Shown: piece by piece, positions 57,461-64,000 of the stretch
Layout: each line of letters begins with the position of its first letter
Position numbering within the stretch: the first letter of the stretch is position 1
Source: Candidatus Omnitrophota bacterium
Lineage (GTDB): Bacteria > Omnitrophota > Gorgyraeia > B26-G9
Assembly (NCBI GenBank): GCA_018817165.1
Contig: JAHITY010000070.1
Span: 363 to 64,362 of the forward strand
Direction of reading: 5' to 3'
DNA length: 64,000 nt
The notes under the pieces: model-generated
Told to the model about the DNA's origin: nothing
The model's input: the letters and a program-made list of their open reading frames with translations, nothing else
Database searches by the model: none
Program-made: the position numbers and the translations under genes

Positions 57461-58645
57461 ATGGAGGAAAACATGAAAGAATGGAAGAAGTTTTTATTAA
57501 TGGCAGGTATTTTTCTCGGATGTTTTTATCTGCCTATAGAGCTATTGCCTTTTCGCAATCCGTTTTTTGAAGCAATAGCATTGGTCCAATGGTATGCGCA
57601 AGAACATGTTCTGCTTTGTTTGGTGCCGGCTTTTTTTATTGCCGGAGCGATTTCGGTTTTTATCAGCCAGGCCTCAGTAATTAAATATTTTGGGGCAAAA
57701 GCAAACAAGGTTCTGGCTTATAGCGTGGCTTCGATTTCCGGAACGATTTTGGCAGTATGTTCATGTACGGTTTTGCCTTTATTTTCCGGCATATATAAAC
57801 GCGGCGCAGGCTTGGGCCCGGCAACAGCTTTTCTTTATTCTGGTCCGGCAATTAATATTTTGGCAATTATTATGACTGCCCGGATTTTAGGCTGGCAGCT
57901 GGGTGTTGCCAGGGCAGTGGGCGCAATTTTATTCAGTGTAGTAATCGGGCTTTTAATGCATCTTATATTTTTAAAAGAAGAACGTGCCAGGAAAACAGCA
58001 GGTGATTTAGTAGCTATAGAGGAAAAGGAGCCGAGGGCCTTATGGCAGAACGGCCTGTATTTTTTGGCAATGGTTGGTTTTTTGGTTTTTGCCAATTGGG
58101 CAAAACCCTTACCAGGAGATAATGGTTTATGGGCAAAGATATTTGCGCTTAAATGGTATGTGGCTTTTAGCTTTTTAGCAATCACAGGTATTATGCTGAT
58201 CAAATGGTTTAAAAAACCAGAAATTGTGGAGTGGAGTCAAAGTTCTTGGGGATTTGCTAAACAAATAATGCCTTTATTGCTTCTCGGGGTCTTGATCGCG
58301 GGACTTTTACTGGGCAGACCAAATCATGAAGGATTAATTCCCTCATGGATAATTGCCAAGGCTGTGGGAGGGAATTCATTTGCAGCAAATTTTCTAGCTT
58401 CGATTGCCGGAGCATTTATGTATTTTGCTACACTTACCGAGGTTCCAATTTTGCAGGGATTGATCGGCGCGGGCATGGGCAAAGGCCCGGCTCTAGCTTT
58501 GCTTTTAGCCGGTCCAGCGCTTAGTTTACCGAATATGTTGGTTATTCGGGGAATCATTGGCACAAAGAAGACAGTGGTTTATGTAAGTTTAGTGGTGGTT
58601 ATGGCCACATTCAGCGGAATTATATTTGGGTTGATTGTTAAATAG
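57461..58645 (+). CDS. Two-repeat polytopic permease (DUF318-like putative permease)
   Basis: ~10 TM segments with an internal repeat. Conserved GPA(L/I)..LP motif occurs twice (SGPAINILA, AGPALSLPN). Confidence 0.65.
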   Translation: MEENMKEWKKFLLMAGIFLGCFYLPIELLPFRNPFFEAIALVQWYAQEHVLLCLVPAFFIAGAISVFISQASVIKYFGAKANKVLAYSVASISGTILAVCSCTVLPLFSGIYKRGAGLGPATAFLYSGPAINILAIIMTARILGWQLGVARAVGAILFSVVIGLLMHLIFLKEERARKTAGDLVAIEEKEPRALWQNGLYFLAMVGFLVFANWAKPLPGDNGLWAKIFALKWYVAFSFLAITGIMLIKWFKKPEIVEWSQSSWGFAKQIMPLLLLGVLIAGLLLGRPNHEGLIPSWIIAKAVGGNSFAANFLASIAGAFMYFATLTEVPILQGLIGAGMGKGPALALLLAGPALSLPNMLVIRGIIGTKKTVVYVSLVVVMATFSGIIFGLIVK

Positions 58646-58727
58646 CTAATGGCTCATAGCAAAAGCAAAAAAGCAGAAAGCGCTTTGCTTATAGCTCATA
58701 GCTGATGGCTGATAGCTCATAGTCAAA
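58644..58727. repeat. Intergenic repeat R4, copy c
   Basis: TAGCTAATGGCTCATAGCAAAAGCAAAAAAGCAGAAAGCGCTTTGCTTATAGCTCATAGCTGATGGCTGATAGCTCATAG. Circularly permuted relative to copy b. Confidence 0.65.
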
Positions 58728-58767
58728 ATGTGATATCCTGAAAAAAGTTGACAGTGAACAGAGGACA

Positions 58768-58840
58768 AATTTCTAATTACTAATTTCTAAACTCTAAATA
58801 AACTTAAATGACTAAAGCCCAAAACACAAAAAAAATAAAG
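58768..58840. repeat. Intergenic repeat R5, copy c
   Basis: AAATTTCTAATTACTAATTTCTAAACTCTAAATAAACTTAAATGACTAAAGCCCAAAACACAAAAAAA. Confidence 0.65.
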
Positions 58841-59136
58841 CAAAAACAAATTTTGTGAAAGATGATTGGGAAATTTTTAAGCTTCTCACAAATTTAGGTA
58901 AATACGTGTCGGATTTTTGGGAACCCGTTAGGGCACGAGGACCTGTTTGAGCTTATTCATTAAAATTTTCAGGGCGAGTTCCGCAGTGCCGGAAATATGG
59001 CGCGGATTTGCCGATCTTGATGTTCACATCAAGAAAATTTGTGTCAGCGTAAAATTTGCTGGTCATCTTGAGTACAGCGCTGTTTATTAATTAGAGTTTT
59101 TTTATGCAATACTGAAAATAAAGGGAGGATTACGAT

Positions 59137-59370
59137 ATGAAGATAGAAATATTGGGGACAGGCTGTCCAAAATGTAAAAAATTATATGAAAATGTTCAGG
59201 AATCGGTTAAGCAAAAAAACATTGACGCAGAGATTTTAAAGGTTACAGAAATAAATGAGATAATGGAGTACGGGGTTATGATCACCCCGGCTTTAGTGGT
59301 TGATGGAGAAGTTAAGGCTGCCGGAAAAATCCCTTCGGTAGATGAAATTGTGAATTGGATTACTGCATAA
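59137..59370 (+). CDS. Thioredoxin-fold redox-active disulfide protein (small CxxC protein)
   Basis: MKIEILGTGCPKCKKL. 77 aa, a thioredoxin-fold type often called redox-active disulfide protein 2. AAGGGAGG RBS. Confidence 0.75.
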   Translation: MKIEILGTGCPKCKKLYENVQESVKQKNIDAEILKVTEINEIMEYGVMITPALVVDGEVKAAGKIPSVDEIVNWITA

Positions 59371-59384
59371 AAGAGGAGGGAAAT

Positions 59385-59837
59385 ATGGCAAAGGCAACTA
59401 AGATTTTTTTAGTAATAGGAGTAATTGTTCTGGGAGCGTTTATGCTGCAGCGTAATTCCAATAAAGGCTGCACAAATGGTGTGTGCAGTTCATTTCCTGC
59501 TGCGAGGGCGGAAACAGCGGATTTACTTAAAGCAGATTTACCAGACAAAGCTGAACAGATTAGTTTTGTGGAGCTGGGATCAGTCAATTGCATTCCCTGC
59601 AAGCAGATGCAGCCGATTATCGAGGAAATTGAGAAAGAATATATTGGAAAAGTAAAAGTTGTATTCCATGATGTTTGGACAGAAGAAGGTAAAAAGTACG
59701 GTAATGAATACCATATCCGGGTTATCCCGACTCAAGTATTTCTGGACAAAACTGGTAAGGAAATATTCCGTCATGAAGGATTTTTTCCAAAAGTAGAGAT
59801 TGAAAAAATCTTGAATAATGCGGGAATCTCAAAATGA
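59385..59837 (+). CDS. Membrane-anchored/secreted thioredoxin-like protein
   Basis: N-terminal hydrophobic segment. CIPC active site. Start at the ATG after AAGAGGAGGG. Confidence 0.75.
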   Translation: MAKATKIFLVIGVIVLGAFMLQRNSNKGCTNGVCSSFPAARAETADLLKADLPDKAEQISFVELGSVNCIPCKQMQPIIEEIEKEYIGKVKVVFHDVWTEEGKKYGNEYHIRVIPTQVFLDKTGKEIFRHEGFFPKVEIEKILNNAGISK

Positions 59838-60532
59838 TAATGCGTTTATTTGAAATATTAACTAATGCTTTAAACGGTAATGCGTTTATTGCCGTGGGCG
59901 CGGCTTTTGCCTGGGGAATATTGAGTATCCTGCTTAGCCCTTGTCATTTGGCAAGTATCCCTCTGATAATCGGGTTTATTAATGATCAGGGAAAGATATC
60001 GACAAAAAGGGCATTTAGATTAGCGTTGCTTTTTTCTTTAGGAATCCTGATAACCATCTCTATTATCGGAGTGATTACCGCGGGAATGGGCAGAATGCTG
60101 GGGGATATCGGCAGTTGGGGAAACTATTTTGTGGCAATTATTTTTCTGGCAGTAGGATTGCATTTATTAGGACTTCTGCCATTGGCTTTTATCAATGGGG
60201 TAAGCCAGCCGGGCATGAAAAAAAAGGGGTTATTGGCTGCTTTACTGCTCGGGCTTATCTTCGGTATCGCGCTTGGTCCGTGCACTTTCGCGTATATGGC
60301 TCCGATGCTGGCGATTACTTTTTCCCTGTCTTCGACAAAATTCCTGTATGGAATAATCTTGCTTATGGCTTATGGAATAGGGCATTGCTCGGTGATTATA
60401 TTGGCCGGGACATCTACGGAAATGGTAGAGCATTATCTTAAATGGAATGAAAACTCAAAAGGAGCGCTTATCCTGAAAAAGATATGCGGTCTTTTAGTAA
60501 TCTTATCAGGGATATATTTATTATGGAAATAA
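59834..60532 (+). CDS. ccdA: CcdA/DsbD-family transmembrane thiol-disulfide electron transporter
   Basis: Two conserved Cys in TM segments (LLSPCHLASIPL and LGPCTFAYMAPML). Six TM helices. Confidence 0.8.
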   Translation: MIMRLFEILTNALNGNAFIAVGAAFAWGILSILLSPCHLASIPLIIGFINDQGKISTKRAFRLALLFSLGILITISIIGVITAGMGRMLGDIGSWGNYFVAIIFLAVGLHLLGLLPLAFINGVSQPGMKKKGLLAALLLGLIFGIALGPCTFAYMAPMLAITFSLSSTKFLYGIILLMAYGIGHCSVIILAGTSTEMVEHYLKWNENSKGALILKKICGLLVILSGIYLLWK

Positions 60533-60550
60533 AGGGGCGCAAGGGGAAAT

Positions 60551-60591
60551 AGTATTGCGTATCGCGTATTGAGTATTGCGTAAAATAATAC
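60551..60591. repeat. Intergenic repeat R6, copy b
   Basis: AGTATTGCGTATCGCGTATTGAGTATTGCGTAAAATAATAC. Confidence 0.6.
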
Positions 60592-60808
60592 AAAAACCTG
60601 TAGGGGATGGGCTTGCCCCATCCCGAATAGAATTATCAATAATCGGTCAAATAATTGATGATCAATGGAATGATATCTCTAATCAATATGACAAATCGAA
60701 TACGTTATCTTGCCTAATCACATTCATGGTATAATTAAATTACGGGCGACTGCCAGGGTCGCCCATACAGGATTGGGTAAAATTATTGGTACATTAAAAT
60801 CCAAATGT

Positions 60809-61597
60809 TCAATGATTATCGGCAGGCTTATCAGTAGAGAATAATTTATCCAGCTCTTTTTCTAATACTTGAGCTTGTTCGGTTTTGCCCAGCTTTTTAT
60901 ACGCCTCACCGAGAAAAGTATAAATAATTTTCTTCTTAAATTTATCAGCAGATTGTTGATCACCAAGAATCTTGGCATGCTCAAAATTATAAGCCGCCTT
61001 TGGATAATCCTTTTTTTGGATAATATAAATTTCACCCAGAGTTGAGTATATTTCCCAAGAATCAGGATTGTTTTTTATTCCAGCTTCAAGCAGCTTTATC
61101 GCCTCGTCTATTTTGTTTAAACGCGTTGCCAACCAGAATCCGCCTATGCAATAAGCTTGTTCATTGTGCGGATTTAATTTAACAGCAAAGTAAAACCAGG
61201 GCAGCATTTCTTTTTGTTCATTTCCAGATAAATGCCTGTGTTTGTTTATCAGCATTGTCTGGCTGATATTAAGCAGCGGATTTAAAGATTTAGTAAAAAC
61301 AGGATGTTCTTCCTTAGGCGCATGCTCGGCTTTGTGTTCTTCCGGAGTTTCAATATGGTTTTCCGTGCAATTTTCTTCCTTGCAGCGCTGTCCTTGTCCA
61401 TGGAAATAAGCGTCAGCCTGAAGATAAGATAGATCAGATAAATACTCCCTGAATTCTCCAAAAGTTTTATAAAATATCTGATTACTTAATTCATCTGATG
61501 GTTTTTGGATTAAAAAATTCTGGCTATAGGTATCGATCTTAGAACTGAGGATAATGATAAAAAATAGCGCAATTATCGGGAAAATTAATTTTTTCAT
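60809..61597 (-). CDS. TPR-repeat protein with signal peptide
   Basis: N-terminal MKKLIFPIIALFFIIILSS. TPR-like helices (EAIKLLEAGIKNNPDSWEIYSTLGEIYIIQKKDYPKAAYNFEHA). Confidence 0.7.
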   Translation of the reverse strand: MKKLIFPIIALFFIIILSSKIDTYSQNFLIQKPSDELSNQIFYKTFGEFREYLSDLSYLQADAYFHGQGQRCKEENCTENHIETPEEHKAEHAPKEEHPVFTKSLNPLLNISQTMLINKHRHLSGNEQKEMLPWFYFAVKLNPHNEQAYCIGGFWLATRLNKIDEAIKLLEAGIKNNPDSWEIYSTLGEIYIIQKKDYPKAAYNFEHAKILGDQQSADKFKKKIIYTFLGEAYKKLGKTEQAQVLEKELDKLFSTDKPADNH

Positions 61598-62368
61598 TTA
61601 AAGATTTTTTCTTTTAAAACATAAAACAGTTAGCCAAAGCAGTAATCCTATGTATAAAATACTATAAATAGAAATTGCTGTTACTACCCAAAACGGCAAG
61701 GGTTCCCAGAGATGAATAATTCTTGTGCGGATATCAAAAAACTCAAAATGAGGCAAAATATAGTAAAGTAGATTATAAACAAGAGTGATTTTACCCTCAG
61801 CAAGAAGCAGCGTTTTTCTTAAGGCATCATTATACCAAAACATAAAAAAATAAAGCAGAAATGTTATGGATATATTAGCGGATATTGTAAGGAAGAGTGA
61901 GAACATTAACGCGAAAGCAGATAGCATTGATAGTAAAAGCAATGATAATAAGTAATATTGTGATAATAAAATCAAGCTGGCTGCTTCTCCCTTGCTAAAA
62001 ATAAAGCCAAGATATAAAATATAAAAGCTGGTAAAGCTGATAAAAGAAATAAATAAACTTCCGATAAATTTTCCTAATACAAACTGAGTTCGGGAAACCG
62101 GCTTGGCTAGTAGGGGGTAGATGGTTTTAGTTTCTATTTCAGCCGGAATTTGCTTAGCGGAAAAAGTAATTGTAATGATCATCGAAAAAAGTCCGACCAA
62201 AGATAGTCCAATATCTTTTAAATAACGGGAAATATCTTTGATCCCAAAAAAAGATTCACCGTAAAAAAAGCCCGCTAATCCCAGAAAAAGGATAATCAAG
62301 ATATAAAAATCTTTTTTTCTTAGCAGTTCTTTTATAGTATGTTGCGCGAGAATTAAAATTTTAGTCAT
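61598..62368 (-). CDS. ABC-2 type transporter permease
   Basis: Six hydrophobic helices. Overlaps the upstream ATPase gene by 8 nt. Confidence 0.7.
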   Translation of the reverse strand: MTKILILAQHTIKELLRKKDFYILIILFLGLAGFFYGESFFGIKDISRYLKDIGLSLVGLFSMIITITFSAKQIPAEIETKTIYPLLAKPVSRTQFVLGKFIGSLFISFISFTSFYILYLGFIFSKGEAASLILLSQYYLLSLLLLSMLSAFALMFSLFLTISANISITFLLYFFMFWYNDALRKTLLLAEGKITLVYNLLYYILPHFEFFDIRTRIIHLWEPLPFWVVTAISIYSILYIGLLLWLTVLCFKRKNL

Positions 62369-63101
62369 TTTTCACCAGATCAAAGAAATATTGTTCCAAG
62401 GTAATTGCTTTTCCTTTTTCATTCATTATTTCGTGTGGTTTTGTTTCTTTTAATATTTTTCCATCTTTTAAAATAACAACCTTGTCGGAGATTATCTCTG
62501 CTTCCGAAAGTTCATGTGAAGAAAAAAAGATGGTTTTTCCTTTAGTTTTTAGCTCGAGCAATATGTTGCGCATATTCATTCGGGCAATTGGATCAAACCC
62601 TGATGTCGGCTCATCGAGAATAAGTAATTCTGGATCATTTATTAGGCATTGAGCAAAGCTTACTTTCTGCAACATGCCTTTAGAAAATGTTTTCATTAAT
62701 TTATTTTTATCTTCTCCTAAGTCGACAAGCTCAAGCAGATAATCTATGCGCGGCAGAAAAATCGCGGGTTTGATTTTAAATAATTTAGCATAAAAAATAA
62801 GCAGTTCTTTGGGAGTTAGGTACCAATAATAATTCGCGGTTTCCGGCATATAGCCGATTGCTTGACGGTTAAGCGTGTCAGTTGGTTTTTTTTCAAAAAG
62901 CAAAACAGTGCCTTTATTAGGCGTAAGCAAGCCAAGCAGTGTTTTTATTAAAGTTGTTTTTCCCGCGCCGTTTGGCCCAAGAAAACCGCAGATTTGACCT
63001 TTGCCGAGGCTTAGGTTAATATTCTGCAGAGCTTTTTTTTGCTGCAAACCTTTTCCGTAAATAAGATTTAAATTATTTATTTCAATAACATTTTTTATCA
63101 T
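62361..63101 (-). CDS. ABC transporter ATP-binding protein
   Basis: GPNGAGKTT, LSKGMLQKVSFAQ, LILDEPTSGFD. Confidence 0.9.
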   Translation of the reverse strand: MIKNVIEINNLNLIYGKGLQQKKALQNINLSLGKGQICGFLGPNGAGKTTLIKTLLGLLTPNKGTVLLFEKKPTDTLNRQAIGYMPETANYYWYLTPKELLIFYAKLFKIKPAIFLPRIDYLLELVDLGEDKNKLMKTFSKGMLQKVSFAQCLINDPELLILDEPTSGFDPIARMNMRNILLELKTKGKTIFFSSHELSEAEIISDKVVILKDGKILKETKPHEIMNEKGKAITLEQYFFDLVKND

Positions 63102-63235
63102 AAGCTAATTTTAACATATGAATTTTTAGACTTCAAGTATAATTAGAATATGAGGGAGGGGCTGATTTTTAAGATAAAATATATTGCCAGGGGTTTTGGT
63201 TTGGTATACCATATGAATTACTTAATAACTAATCC

Positions 63236-63360
63236 GGTAAAGTTTAACGGTAACGAAGCCCGTATCGGTTATGTTAACAGTTACGGTTAGAAATAATAAA
63301 TTTAAAGCCGACTGACATTACCCGAAGACGAAACGGGCATCGTAACCCTAACCGTGTAAC
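63236..63360. repeat. Structured element R3, copy b
   Basis: GGTAAAGTTTAACGGTAACGAAGCCCGTATCGG...GACGAAACGGGCATCGTAACCCTAACCG. Same architecture as 11050-11178. Confidence 0.65.
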
Positions 63361-63400
63361 TAGTATTGAGTGTTTTTACGCAATACGCGATACTGAAAAT
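63361..63400. repeat. Repeat R6-related segment, copy c (inverted, degenerate)
   Basis: TAGTATTGAGTGTTTTTACGCAATACGCGATACTG. The reverse complement resembles R6. Confidence 0.4.
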
Positions 63401-63434
63401 ATAAATAATCAATAGCGGATTAAGGGAGAGAATA

Positions 63435-64000
63435 GTGAATATATTTAAAAAAGGAGTATTTTTAATTACTTGCGGCAGAGGAATAATGCCTTGTTTGCAT
63501 AAAGAAGTTAAGCAGTTGGGCTATGATGTTTTGTCTTCTCATGAAACTGGATTGGAAATTGAAGCAGAATATGAGGATTGTTATAAATTAAATCTTTGTC
63601 TGCGCACAGCAATGCATATCATGTTTTTGCTTAAGAAATTTGCTTGTATTAGCCCCGATGAATTGTATAAGATTGTATCATCGCTGCCTTGGGAAAATAT
63701 TATTAGCCCGACCGAGTATGTCAGTGTGGTTTCTATGGCCGATACAAAACATTTGAAAAATTCGATGTTTGCCAGTCAAAGAGTTAAAGACGCGATTGTT
63801 GATCGGATCATGAGTAAACGCGATAGCCGTCCTGATGCCGGACCGCTAAGAGATAATGTTGTGGTTAATCTTTTTTGGAAAAATAACCGCTGCTGGCTGT
63901 ATGTGGATACCTCGGGTAATAAACTCTCCGATCGGACATACCGCAAGCTTCCTTATATTGCTCCTTTGCAGGAAACTCTGGCCGCGGCATTATTATTGGC
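63435..64000 (+). CDS. THUMP-domain class I SAM-dependent RNA methyltransferase (RlmL/COG0116-like), 5' part, runs off the window
   Basis: GTG after a GGGAGAG RBS. Open to the window edge. N-terminal THUMP-like region ending ...YIAPLQETLAAALLL typical of RlmL-type enzymes. Absent from the ORF track. Confidence 0.55.
   Translation, partial: MNIFKKGVFLITCGRGIMPCLHKEVKQLGYDVLSSHETGLEIEAEYEDCYKLNLCLRTAMHIMFLLKKFACISPDELYKIVSSLPWENIISPTEYVSVVSMADTKHLKNSMFASQRVKDAIVDRIMSKRDSRPDAGPLRDNVVVNLFWKNNRCWLYVDTSGNKLSDRTYRKLPYIAPLQETLAAALLL

Overview
Low-GC chromosomal segment, apparently from an anaerobic nitrogen-fixing bacterium. Its features (sigma54 promoters, a PEP-CTERM protein, [FeFe] hydrogenases, AGGAGG-type ribosome-binding sites) do not identify a lineage. 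About 70 genes run co-directionally on the + strand from 117 to 60532. A short minus-strand ABC/TPR operon occupies 60809-63101, and a partial THUMP RNA methyltransferase gene sits at the 3' edge. I found no rRNA, tRNA, CRISPR array, transposase or integrase.

Main content:
(1) A complete Mo-nitrogenase island at 25870-41037 (nifH, nifI1, nifI2, nifD, nifK, nifE, nifN, nifB, a ferredoxin-like gene, nifV, modA, mop, modB, modC, a GNAT, nifA) with a sigma54 -24/-12 promoter upstream of nifH.
(2) A Rex-linked [FeFe]-hydrogenase locus at 15610-21209 with a sensory HydS-like hydrogenase-PAS protein and a PP2C phosphatase.
(3) A conserved but functionally uncharacterised Fe-S gene cluster at 2931-7080.
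(4) A lysine-2,3-aminomutase gene followed by two ATP-grasp ligases and a GNAT at 9783-13709.
(5) An HspR-like regulator plus three Hsp20 genes with a sigma54-type promoter and inverted repeat.
(6) A putative persulfide module (BigR/SqrR-like ArsR, CoA-disulfide reductase fused to rhodanese).
(7) Large secreted or surface proteins: an 825-aa BNR beta-propeller protein with an unusual C-terminus, a 1443-aa alpha-helical giant, and a beta-barrel gene split by one in-frame TAA.
(8) At least six families of short dispersed repeats that build mosaic intergenic spacers. Three of these families bracket an arsR-permease-thioredoxin-ccdA cassette.

All family assignments come from motifs read by eye. 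None was checked against a database.
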